DNA of 64,000 bases from Calditrichota bacterium (GTDB lineage: Bacteria; Zhuqueibacterota; JdFR-76; BMS3Abin05). The notes under the pieces were generated by a model. That model did no database searches. It worked only from the letters and a program-made list of their open reading frames with translations, and was not told the DNA's origin. Shown here piece by piece: positions 51,052 to 60,092 of the stretch. The stretch is from positions 8,178-72,177 of the forward strand of contig JAADHR010000199.1 in assembly GCA_013151735.1 (NCBI GenBank), read 5' to 3'. Both the position numbers and the translations under genes were made by a program. Each line of letters begins with the position of its first letter. The stretch's first letter is position 1.

Positions 51052-52812
51052 ATGGCCTATCAAGTTCTGGCGCTTAAGTGGCGTCCATCATTATTTGAAC
51101 AGGTGGTGGCACAAGACCATGTCACCCGCACCCTCCAAAATGCAATTTCGAGCGGCCGAATTGCCAATGCCTATCTTTTCTCCGGGCCAAGAGGGGTTGG
51201 GAAAACCACAACAGCCCGTATCTTTGCCAAAGCGTTAAACTGCAAAGAGGGCCCCACACCCACACCCTGTAATACCTGCACAAATTGTTTGGAAATTGCC
51301 GGCGGGCGGAGCATGGATGTCATTGAAATTGACGGCGCCTCAAACCGGGGTATTGACGAAATTCGGAACTTGCGGGAAAATATCCGGTATGCCCCATCCA
51401 ACAGCCGATACAAAATCTATATTGTTGATGAAGTCCACATGCTCACCACTGAGGCCTTTAATGCCCTTCTGAAAACCCTGGAAGAGCCTCCCCAACATGT
51501 GGTTTTTATTTTCGCAACAACCGAACCCCACAAAGTACCGGCTACCATTCTGTCGCGCTGTCAGCGTTTCGATTTCAAGCGCATTCCTCTCCAGGTGATT
51601 ATTGATCATTTAAAATTCATCTGCGAAGATGAAAAAATCGGAATCGACGAAGAATCGCTTCTGGTTATCGCCAAAAAGGCAGATGGGAGTATGAGGGATG
51701 CACAAAGCCTTCTGGATCAGATTATCTCCTTTTCGGGTGAAACGGTTGTGATTGACGATGTGCTTCAGGCGCTCGGCGTTATTCAACAGGACCTGTATTT
51801 TGAATTTACGGACATTGTAAAATCCCAATCCATTAAAAAAGCGCTTGATTTTATCGATAGATTTATTGCGCAGGGCTACGACATTTCAGGCTTCTTGATG
51901 GGTTTGGTGGAACATCTTCGAAACAAGCTGTTTGTTCTGTCGATGAATTCGACGAAGCTTTTGGAGGTCTCCGAAGCCTCAAAAACCCGGTATCTGGAAG
52001 AAAAAGATCAGTTTTCCGAAGAGGACCTGCTGCGATTTATTCAAGTCATCTCCGAAACAGAAGCCACCATCAAACGAAGCTCAAATCCGCGGCTAAAGCT
52101 CGAAATCATGGCCGTGAAATTAATTAAAATGGATCGCTCCGTAACCATTTCCGATTTGGTGGAAAAGATTTCAAAAATAGGTGCGGGCAAAAAAGGCGCT
52201 TTACTGACGGGTGAATCCCACAATCCGCCTCCCAAAGTGCCGGATTTTTTTGGCGGAAAGTCTGCACCGCCGCCTTCTAAGGTTCCACCACGCATGGCTC
52301 AGCCTCAAAAAGCCGTCAGGCCCGTGGAAGCAGAGGGATCCGGAAACCAGCTTCAAAATGAAGGAGGCGAAGAAACAGATGAACCCTCGTCTTTGCGGGT
52401 GGGGGATTCGGCGGAATCGTATTCCGCGGCACCTGTAACGGACCTGAAAGAAATTCAAAGCCGGTGGAACGAAATTCTGGAGGCTGTCAAACGAAAAAAA
52501 ATGACACTTGGCTTTTTTTTGCAGGAAGGATATCCGATAAAATTGACGGGAAACACTCTGGAAATTATGTTCGATAAATCGAACGGTTTTCACCTAAATG
52601 CCGTTCAAAAAGAACGGGATATTCTTACACAGGTATTGGCGGATTTACTGAATCAGACGTTTTCTTTGAAATTTAGCAGGGGAACGCTGGACGCGGCTGC
52701 TCCGAAAGCAGGGGCATCGGATGAACCGGCACGGGCTGCTCCGGTAAAAAAAAATGGTCTTGACCCGAAGGTACAAAAAATTTTACAAATGTTCGATGGT
52801 GAATTGTTGTAA
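51052..52812 (+). CDS. dnaX: DNA polymerase III subunits gamma/tau
   Basis: 586 aa. Walker A GPRGVGKTT. Zinc module CNTCTNC. Sensor/DExx motifs. C-terminal tau domains. Confidence 0.9.
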   Translation: MAYQVLALKWRPSLFEQVVAQDHVTRTLQNAISSGRIANAYLFSGPRGVGKTTTARIFAKALNCKEGPTPTPCNTCTNCLEIAGGRSMDVIEIDGASNRGIDEIRNLRENIRYAPSNSRYKIYIVDEVHMLTTEAFNALLKTLEEPPQHVVFIFATTEPHKVPATILSRCQRFDFKRIPLQVIIDHLKFICEDEKIGIDEESLLVIAKKADGSMRDAQSLLDQIISFSGETVVIDDVLQALGVIQQDLYFEFTDIVKSQSIKKALDFIDRFIAQGYDISGFLMGLVEHLRNKLFVLSMNSTKLLEVSEASKTRYLEEKDQFSEEDLLRFIQVISETEATIKRSSNPRLKLEIMAVKLIKMDRSVTISDLVEKISKIGAGKKGALLTGESHNPPPKVPDFFGGKSAPPPSKVPPRMAQPQKAVRPVEAEGSGNQLQNEGGEETDEPSSLRVGDSAESYSAAPVTDLKEIQSRWNEILEAVKRKKMTLGFFLQEGYPIKLTGNTLEIMFDKSNGFHLNAVQKERDILTQVLADLLNQTFSLKFSRGTLDAAAPKAGASDEPARAAPVKKNGLDPKVQKILQMFDGELL

Positions 52813-52829
52813 ACTGGAGGATAGAATCA

Positions 52830-53168
52830 ATGGCAAAGCCCAATTTATCCGCTTTATTAGGGCAAATGCAAAAAATGCAGGAGCAATTGCAGAAAGCTCA
52901 GGAAGAATTAGAAACAATTGAAGTTGAGGGAAGCTCCGGCGGCGGGATGGTTACCGTTCTGGCAAACGGAAAGCGCGAAATTAAGCGAATCCAGATCGAC
53001 CCGGAAGTGGTTGATCCGGACGATGTTGAAATGTTAGAGGATTTGATTGTAGCGGCTGTAAATCAGGCTCTGGAAAAGGCCGAACAGGCCGCCAATGACC
53101 ATCTCAATCAAACCACAGGCGGAATGTTGTCCAATCTGCCCGGTGGTTTTAAAATTCCGGGATTTTAG
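52830..53168 (+). CDS. ybaB: nucleoid-associated protein YbaB/EbfC
   Basis: 112 aa. Pattern MQKMQEQLQKAQEEL...VEGSSGGGMVTV typical of YbaB. Canonical dnaX-ybaB-recR order. Confidence 0.85.
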   Translation: MAKPNLSALLGQMQKMQEQLQKAQEELETIEVEGSSGGGMVTVLANGKREIKRIQIDPEVVDPDDVEMLEDLIVAAVNQALEKAEQAANDHLNQTTGGMLSNLPGGFKIPGF

Positions 53169-53174
53169 TCAGGA

Positions 53175-53774
53175 ATGCAGTTTTATTCGTCGGAATCGCT
53201 TGAAACCCTGATTAGTGAGTTTTCGAAATTGCCCGGGATCGGGCGCAAATCGGCCCAGCGGTTAGCCTTTTACCTGTTGAAGCAGTCCCGGGAAGAGGTT
53301 GCTGCCCTTGCACAGGCCCTGATCGACGTAAAAGACAAGACGCGGCTGTGCTCCGTCTGTTTTAATATTACGGAGATTGATCCCTGTCCGATCTGTCGGG
53401 ATGTTTCCCGTGACCATGCCACTATTTGTGTGGTTGAAGAAGCGAACGACATTTTGGCGATTGAAAAAACGGGCATGTACCGGGGTGTGTATCACGTACT
53501 GGGCGGGGTGTTGTCGCCGCTGGACGGAATCGGGCCGGAAAATTTGCGAATAAAGGAACTGCTGTCGCGGCTGACGGAGGAGGTTCAGGAAATTATTCTG
53601 GCCACCAACCCGGATGTGGAAGGAGAGGCCACGGCACTTTATCTTCAAAAGCTGATCAAACCGCTCGGGAAAAAGGTGACCCGGCTGGCAAGAGGCATTC
53701 CTGCCGGGAGTGATCTTGAATTTATAGATGAACTGACGCTTTCGCGTGCCCTTGAAGGGCGAAATGTTTTGTGA
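53175..53774 (+). CDS. recR: recombination protein RecR
   Basis: 199 aa. HhH motif [15 protein letters not shown]4 zinc finger CSVC...CPIC. Toprim domain. Confidence 0.9.
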   Translation: MQFYSSESLETLISEFSKLPGIGRKSAQRLAFYLLKQSREEVAALAQALIDVKDKTRLCSVCFNITEIDPCPICRDVSRDHATICVVEEANDILAIEKTGMYRGVYHVLGGVLSPLDGIGPENLRIKELLSRLTEEVQEIILATNPDVEGEATALYLQKLIKPLGKKVTRLARGIPAGSDLEFIDELTLSRALEGRNVL

Positions 53775-53779
53775 CTTGA

Positions 53780-54421
53780 GTGATAGGGAAGAGCGTGTCG
53801 TTGCTTAATGCTACACCAAATCAATTGTCGATTATTCGTATCATTTTAACCCCCTTTTTTGCATGGACATTCCTTACCGACAACCTTCATTGGAAAATTG
53901 TTTCTGCCGTTATTTTTACAATTGCCGCAATTACCGATTGGTACGACGGCCATGTGGCCCGCAAATACGGGCTCACCAGCATGTGGGGGCGATTTCTGGA
54001 TCCCCTGGCCGATAAAATTCTGGTTCTGACCGCCTTCTTTGTCTGTGCCTTTGCCGGCGAAATTTCCTTCTGGATGGTCTGGGTCATTGTGATTCGCGAT
54101 GTTCTGGTGACCGGATTGCGGTGGTATGCCATGTTCAAAAAACAGCCTATTCGCACCTCCTACACGGCCAAGGCAAAAACAACCAGCCAGATGGTCACAC
54201 TTTTTGTCCTGATTGCGTATCCGATCATGGTGGATTTTGCGAATCGGGGTGTCATTTGGCTGGCCGGAATTGTCCGCGTTTTCGAATCACTGGCCATTAT
54301 TGACATCCTGATGTGGATTGTCGTTCTTTTAACGGTTTTGACGGGCGTTCAATATTTGATTGAAAATAGGGGACATCTGAAAACGCTGTTCTGGGATGTC
54401 TTTCATGTATTCGGTACATAG
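53780..54421 (+). CDS. pgsA: CDP-alcohol phosphatidyltransferase (CDP-diacylglycerol--glycerol-3-phosphate 3-phosphatidyltransferase-like)
   Basis: 213 aa. CDP-OH transferase motif DWYDGHVARKYGLTSMWGRFLDPLADK. Multiple TM helices. Confidence 0.8.
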   Translation: MIGKSVSLLNATPNQLSIIRIILTPFFAWTFLTDNLHWKIVSAVIFTIAAITDWYDGHVARKYGLTSMWGRFLDPLADKILVLTAFFVCAFAGEISFWMVWVIVIRDVLVTGLRWYAMFKKQPIRTSYTAKAKTTSQMVTLFVLIAYPIMVDFANRGVIWLAGIVRVFESLAIIDILMWIVVLLTVLTGVQYLIENRGHLKTLFWDVFHVFGT

Positions 54422-54547
54422 AATCGGGTCCGGTTCCGTGGCCAAACACAGAAAGCAGACGGGCTGATCAAACGGCCGCCAATCCGTCTCCGGTGAGGTT
54501 GCCGCCGGCAAACCATTGGTCTCATTAAAAATAACCGGGAATTCCTT

Positions 54548-54997
54548 ATGAAAACATGGATCGCCAAATTCTTATCGACAACAGCTTTTACCGGATTGTT
54601 TCCAATTGCTCCCGGAACCGTGGGAAGCCTGGTCACCCTTGCCCTCTTGTGGTTTCTGCCGCCCCTTTCTCCCTCCCTTCTGCTGAGTGCCGCCCTGATC
54701 GTATTTTTGGTTGGAATCTGGAGCTCGGGCATCACCGAAAAAGCCATGGGAAAAGAAGATCCCGGATCCGTTAACATCGATGAAGACCTTGGGATGTTGA
54801 TTTCACTTGTTGCCCTGCCCAAAACGGTTCTCTGGTGGGGAGCGGCTTTTTTGATTTTTAGATTTCTGGATATTACCAAGCCCTGGCCGGCTAAACAGTC
54901 CCAGGCCCTGGGCGGAGGGTTGGGCATTATGATAGACGATGTTATTGTCGCTGTTTACACCAATCTTCTCTTACAGCTTGTGCGGGTGTTTTTCTGA
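54548..54997 (+). CDS. pgpA: phosphatidylglycerophosphatase A
   Basis: 149 aa. PgpA family pattern TAFTGLFPIAPGTVGSL...DITKPWP. Follows pgsA. Confidence 0.8.
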   Translation: MKTWIAKFLSTTAFTGLFPIAPGTVGSLVTLALLWFLPPLSPSLLLSAALIVFLVGIWSSGITEKAMGKEDPGSVNIDEDLGMLISLVALPKTVLWWGAAFLIFRFLDITKPWPAKQSQALGGGLGIMIDDVIVAVYTNLLLQLVRVFF

Positions 54998-56244
54998 TGA
55001 AAGCAGAAATCCTTACCATTGGCGATGAAATTCTACTGGGCCAAATTGTCAACACAAACGCGACCTTTATTAGCCAAAAGCTGGTCCAGTTAGGCGTAGA
55101 TCCCCGGTGGATTACGGTAGTAGGGGATTCGGAAACAGAAATCCTCGATGCACTAAAAATTGCCTTTACGCGGGCGGACGTTCTGGTTGTTACCGGCGGA
55201 CTCGGCCCGACCCACGATGACATCACCAAATATGCTGTGGCAAAATTCTTCAACTCGCCCATTGTCTTCAACAAGGACCTTTTTGAGAGACTGCGCAAAG
55301 GCTTCGCGGAACGAGGATGGGTCATGCCTGCCGTGAATCGGAATCAGGCAGAGGTGCCGCAGAAGGCGACGATTCTTCCCAATCCGATCGGAACGGCCCC
55401 CGGGCTTCTTTTTGAGGAATCGGGAAAGGTTTGTTTTGTCTTGCCCGGTGTTCCGGCGGAAATGGAACGGCTCATCCAGGATTCGGTTATTCCCTTTTTG
55501 CGTACCCATTCTTCGTCTGAAAAGAGCTGCCTTTCCTACAAAACCCTTCGCACGACCGGCATTTCTGAATCCAGATTGGTGGAAAAACTCGGCGATCTTC
55601 AACCGATTCAGCAGCTTGTCAGAGTGGCGTTTCTTCCCCATTACTACGGCGTAGATTTGCGGCTAACAGTCAGGGATTCTTCAAAAGAGGCCTGCGAAAG
55701 AAGGCTTCGTAAGGCGGAACGTCTCATTCGCAGCAGGATTGATTTGTACATTTACGGAGAGAATGATGAGACTCTCGAACAGAAAGTGGCCGAACTTTTG
55801 TTCAAAATGCACGCCACCATAGCGGTGGCCGAATCGTGCACGGGGGGGTTATTATCCCATAAACTTACAAACGTTCCGGGAAGCTCCGCCTATTTTCTGG
55901 GGGGAGTTGTTGCTTACAGCAATTCGGCCAAAATGGCGGTACTGGGTGTTCAGGCCGAGACCCTTCGTCAATTTGGTGCCGTCAGCGAGCAAACGGCAAA
56001 AGAAATGGCAGAGGGGGTAAGAACCCTTCTGGGAGCAGATTTTGCCCTTTCCACAACGGGAATCGCCGGCCCAACCGGAGGGACAAAAGAAAAACCCGTT
56101 GGATTGGTGTTCATCGGTTTTTCCGATGGCACAACGACTACGGCAAAAAAATTTATTTTCTCCAACGATCGTCTGGCAAATAAGGAACGCTCATCCTACG
56201 CCGCCCTTGAATTCCTCCGCCGTCACATACAAAAAATTATTTGA
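54997..56244 (+). CDS. cinA: CinA family protein (competence/damage-inducible; NMN amidohydrolase PncC domain)
   Basis: 415 aa. N-terminal MocF-like MKAEILTIGDEIL. C-terminal CinA/PncC domain with AVAESCTGGLL. Located upstream of recA, as commonly seen. Confidence 0.85.
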   Translation: MKAEILTIGDEILLGQIVNTNATFISQKLVQLGVDPRWITVVGDSETEILDALKIAFTRADVLVVTGGLGPTHDDITKYAVAKFFNSPIVFNKDLFERLRKGFAERGWVMPAVNRNQAEVPQKATILPNPIGTAPGLLFEESGKVCFVLPGVPAEMERLIQDSVIPFLRTHSSSEKSCLSYKTLRTTGISESRLVEKLGDLQPIQQLVRVAFLPHYYGVDLRLTVRDSSKEACERRLRKAERLIRSRIDLYIYGENDETLEQKVAELLFKMHATIAVAESCTGGLLSHKLTNVPGSSAYFLGGVVAYSNSAKMAVLGVQAETLRQFGAVSEQTAKEMAEGVRTLLGADFALSTTGIAGPTGGTKEKPVGLVFIGFSDGTTTTAKKFIFSNDRLANKERSSYAALEFLRRHIQKII

Positions 56245-56274
56245 TAATAGTAAATTAATTATTTAAATTATTAA

Positions 56275-56835
56275 ATGATTCGGTCATTTATTGCAATTGA
56301 AATTCCCGATTTTATTCGGTCTCACATTGCCGATCTGCAGGATGAAATGCGCCGGTTTCATGCCCATGTGAGTTGGGTAAACTCCGGAAATATTCATGTC
56401 ACACTGAAATTTTTGGGTGACATTCGGGAATCGCTTGTTCCGCAGATTGGAGATGTGCTGGGTGAAATTTCTTCTCACACGCGTCCTTTTACCATTACAA
56501 TTGAAAACCTGGGATTTTTCCCGAATGCGAAGCGGCCACGGGTGTTGTGGGTGGGAGTGACGGACCGGCAGCAGCTCAAAACTCTCTACAACGAAATCGA
56601 AGACGGCCTGTCTCACCTGGGTTTTAGCCGGGAAAAAAGAGGTTTTACACCCCATCTCACCATTGGCCGCGTCCGACATCCCGGCGGAATAGAGGAGGTG
56701 GTTGCCCGAATGCAAACCCTCTCTTTTCAACCGGGATCGTTTGAGGCAAAAGAGGTAGTGCTGATCAGAAGCACTTTAAAGCCCACGGGGGCTGTCTATA
56801 ATCCCCTTGGACGATTCGAATTTAATGGGGACTGA
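56275..56835 (+). CDS. thpR: RNA 2',3'-cyclic phosphodiesterase (2H family, LigT/ThpR)
   Basis: 186 aa. Two H-x-T-x motifs (HVTLKF, HLTIGR). Confidence 0.75.
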   Translation: MIRSFIAIEIPDFIRSHIADLQDEMRRFHAHVSWVNSGNIHVTLKFLGDIRESLVPQIGDVLGEISSHTRPFTITIENLGFFPNAKRPRVLWVGVTDRQQLKTLYNEIEDGLSHLGFSREKRGFTPHLTIGRVRHPGGIEEVVARMQTLSFQPGSFEAKEVVLIRSTLKPTGAVYNPLGRFEFNGD

Positions 56836-56865
56836 AATCACTTAAATAACCCTGGAAGGAAGAAC

Positions 56866-57906
56866 ATGGCAAACGAAAAAGAGGAAAAGTTAAAGGCGTT
56901 AGATTTGGCGATTTCTCAAATTGATCGCCAGTTTGGAAAAGGCTCGATTATGCGTCTGGGAGCCGATCGGGTGATTCCGGATATTGAGGTCATTCCGACG
57001 GGCTCCATTGCATTGGATGCAGCTCTTGGTGTGGGCGGAGTTCCACGGGGCCGAATTATCGAGATTTTCGGACCGGAGTCCTCCGGAAAGACCACATTGT
57101 CACTTCATATCATCGCGGAAGCGCAAAAGGCCGGTGGACTGGCTGCGTTCATCGATGCCGAGCACGCTCTGGATGTCAAATACGCTCACAACCTGGGTGT
57201 GGATACAGATAACCTGCTCATTTCGCAGCCGGATACGGGCGAGCAGGCCCTCGAAATCACGGAAACCCTGGTGCGGAGCGGCGCCCTGGACTTGATTGTG
57301 GTCGATTCTGTTGCCGCGCTGGTTCCCCGGGCAGAGATTGAAGGTGAGATGGGGGATGCCCAGATGGGACTTCAGGCCCGGCTCATGTCGCAGGCCATGC
57401 GTAAACTGGCGGGAGCAATTTCAAAGGCCAAAACCAGCGTCATCTTTATTAATCAGATTCGCGAAAAAATCGGCGTGATGTTTGGGAATCCCGAAACCAC
57501 CACCGGTGGGCGGGCGCTGAAATTTTACACCACCATCCGAATGGATATTCGGCGGATCGCATCGTTAAAAAGCGGCGACAGTATTGTGGGTAACCGCACG
57601 CGCGTGAAGGTGGTGAAAAATAAGGTAGCTCCGCCGTTTCGGGAAGCGGAGTTCGACATCATGTACGGCACAGGCATTTCCCACGTGGGAGAACTGATTG
57701 ATCTGGCTGTGGAGAAAAAAATCATTCAGAAAAGCGGGGCCTGGTATTCCTACGGAGACGAAAGACTGGGACAGGGGCGCGAAAATGTGCGGATGTTCCT
57801 CAAAGAAACGCCTGAGATGTTGAAGGAAATTGATGAAAAAGTCAGGCGGGCTCTGGGCCTTATTCCCGAAAAAGAGGGGGAAACAAAGGCACCCGGCGCA
57901 GAATAA
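56866..57906 (+). CDS. recA: recombinase RecA
   Basis: 346 aa. Walker [10 protein letters not shown]. Typical L1/L2 loop regions. Confidence 0.95.
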   Translation: MANEKEEKLKALDLAISQIDRQFGKGSIMRLGADRVIPDIEVIPTGSIALDAALGVGGVPRGRIIEIFGPESSGKTTLSLHIIAEAQKAGGLAAFIDAEHALDVKYAHNLGVDTDNLLISQPDTGEQALEITETLVRSGALDLIVVDSVAALVPRAEIEGEMGDAQMGLQARLMSQAMRKLAGAISKAKTSVIFINQIREKIGVMFGNPETTTGGRALKFYTTIRMDIRRIASLKSGDSIVGNRTRVKVVKNKVAPPFREAEFDIMYGTGISHVGELIDLAVEKKIIQKSGAWYSYGDERLGQGRENVRMFLKETPEMLKEIDEKVRRALGLIPEKEGETKAPGAE

Positions 57907-57994
57907 ATTCCTGTTGCTTTCAAACAGGATTTGCTTGAAACAGGGTCTGAACGAAAACACCATGTGCACCTGATGGGTTGCCGGCGCAAGGTGT

Positions 57995-58729
57995 ATGGGC
58001 ACATTCACCGATCTCCGGAAACTTTGCAGCACCAGTAGTCATTCACGACGCATTGTGTTTCGTTCGGACACGAAACAGGGCCTTTCGTTGGAAGATCATT
58101 TAAAAAAAACCATTACGAAAATAGAACAGCAAAAGGGACGCAAAGATCGTGTCTCTATTTTTTTAAATGGGGAATTTGGTTTTGGGATTCACCAGAATTT
58201 ACTCATCGATTTGGATTTATTTCGCGGCAAAAGTCTGAGTGAAGAAGAAATTACTGAAATCCTGAAAACCGAAGAACGTGCCTCTGCCAAGGAAAAGGCG
58301 TTTCGTTGGTTGTCGTACCGGAGCCACAGTCAGAAGGAAATTGCGCAGAAGCTGCAGCGGGCTAAATTCAGCCAGGACACGATTGAATGGACACTCGCGG
58401 AACTTAACAGGCTGAAATTTCTGGATGATGAAGGGTTTGCGCGGATGTACGCGCACGACCGGCTGCTCAAGCGGCCCATTGGCAAGCGGCTTCTTAAACG
58501 GGAGCTTCAGCAAAAGGGCATCAACCCGGAAACGGCGGATCGGGTTGTGGAAGAGGCCTATTCGGAAAAATCAGAGGCGGAGCTGGCAGAGACTCTTTTG
58601 AAAAAAAAGGCACGGGCGTATGCCCGATTTGAGCCTCAGAAGGCCCGTCAAAAGGCGGCTAATTTTTTGGCCCAGCGGGGATTTGGCTGGGACGTCATTT
58701 CGGAAGCGCTTGAAAAATTTAAAACATGA
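57995..58729 (+). CDS. recX: regulatory protein RecX (start uncertain; may be further downstream)
   Basis: Three-helix repeat pattern typical of RecX (VSIFLNGEFGFGI...KAFRWLSYRSHSQKEIAQKL...FLDDEGFARMYAHDRL). Position after recA. The first ~25 residues of the track ORF look non-native. Confidence 0.65.
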   Translation: MGTFTDLRKLCSTSSHSRRIVFRSDTKQGLSLEDHLKKTITKIEQQKGRKDRVSIFLNGEFGFGIHQNLLIDLDLFRGKSLSEEEITEILKTEERASAKEKAFRWLSYRSHSQKEIAQKLQRAKFSQDTIEWTLAELNRLKFLDDEGFARMYAHDRLLKRPIGKRLLKRELQQKGINPETADRVVEEAYSEKSEAELAETLLKKKARAYARFEPQKARQKAANFLAQRGFGWDVISEALEKFKT

Positions 58730-58756
58730 AAATCACCCAAAGAAAGAGAGGTAGGA

Positions 58757-59245
58757 ATGAAAAACCGGTTGTCCTGGTTTGGAGCCGGCGTCTTGCTGGC
58801 TGTTCTGAATCTGATCGTGTTTGCACGGGTTGTTACCAATCGGCCGATAGGTGCGTCAACCACGTATCCGTACCTGGCTGATCTATTGGCTGGTTTAAAA
58901 AACAGCGCCTATTTTTTGAAAATTCAAACGCCGGGGCACTGGGAGATGATTTTCCTGCTGGGTGCTTTTTTGGCCGGATTGGTGGCCTCTCTCGCATTTG
59001 GTGATTTTAAGCTCACCTCCATTCACGAACGCTGGAAAAAACACAAAGGCGATTCCTCGGCCGTTCGGCTGATCTGGGCCTTTGTGGGCGGATTTATTCT
59101 GATTTTTGGCGCCCGGATGGCCGGCGGCTGCACCAGCGGACACATTCTGTCCGGCGGAATGCAGATGGCTGTCAGCAGCCTGGTTTTCGGCCTGTTTGTC
59201 GTGGTCGGGTTAATTGTGACGGGAAAAATCTTTTATAAAAAATAG
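58757..59245 (+). CDS. YeeE/YedE family membrane protein (first half of the split sulfur-related transporter family)
   Basis: 162 aa. Four TM helices. GGCTSG motif characteristic of YeeE/YedE. Confidence 0.6.
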   Translation: MKNRLSWFGAGVLLAVLNLIVFARVVTNRPIGASTTYPYLADLLAGLKNSAYFLKIQTPGHWEMIFLLGAFLAGLVASLAFGDFKLTSIHERWKKHKGDSSAVRLIWAFVGGFILIFGARMAGGCTSGHILSGGMQMAVSSLVFGLFVVVGLIVTGKIFYKK

Positions 59246-59256
59246 AGGATTTCAAA

Positions 59257-59796
59257 ATGTTTCTGACGATTTTAATTTTGGGATTTTTGTTTGGTTTGAT
59301 TTTACAGCGGGCGCGGCTGAATACCTTTGACACAATCGGCGGATTTGCCATGTTGGAAGATTTGACGGTCGCAAAAGCCTTGTTGGTAGCCGTCGGCGTG
59401 GGGGCTATTCTCTTAAGCCTTGAAATCTGGTTGGGATGGGCCTCCTTTCATGTCAAGCCTCTGATTGTGGGCGGGGTGGTGGCAGGCGGTTTGATTTTCG
59501 GTGCCGGAATGGCGATTTTGGGCTACTGCCCGGGAACACTGGCAGTTTCGCTCGGCGAAGGCGCGATCGACGCCTTTGTGGGCATCCTGGGGGGTCTGTT
59601 TGGCGGATTGGTTTTTACCTGGCTTTTTCCCGGGATGAAATCGATTCTGGGTCCCAATTTGGGAAAACTTTCGATCGGCAGCCTTCTGGGAGGGCATCCG
59701 GCCGTCAATTTTGTTGCGGCGCTGGTTGTGGGAGGTGTTTTCATTTGGTTTGCATTTTACCTGGATGGAATCGAAAAAAAGCGGATAAAAAATTAA
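59257..59796 (+). CDS. YeeE/YedE family membrane protein (second half)
   Basis: 179 aa. TM-rich, with GYCPGT motif. Tandem partner of the preceding gene. Confidence 0.6.
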   Translation: MFLTILILGFLFGLILQRARLNTFDTIGGFAMLEDLTVAKALLVAVGVGAILLSLEIWLGWASFHVKPLIVGGVVAGGLIFGAGMAILGYCPGTLAVSLGEGAIDAFVGILGGLFGGLVFTWLFPGMKSILGPNLGKLSIGSLLGGHPAVNFVAALVVGGVFIWFAFYLDGIEKKRIKN

Positions 59797-60092
59797 TGTT
59801 CATTTATTTGATTGATTTTAATCCCTAAAATTTTATATTTTTTAAACAGTTGTTTTTGGCCTGAATAATTCATTAGCCACAAAGTCACGAAAACACAAAG
59901 GTATAATAAATAAAAAGATAAATAAATATTCATTAAAACAGAAAAACATGCAGGACGAACTGAGTTTCAAATAACCAATTATTCTAATCGGTATAACCTT
60001 CGTGATTTAGGGTCTTCGTGGCGAAAATTTATGAATAATGCAGGTTGAGAAGAGAAAACGGTTTTATTCATGAGAAAAGGATTGTTGTTTTT

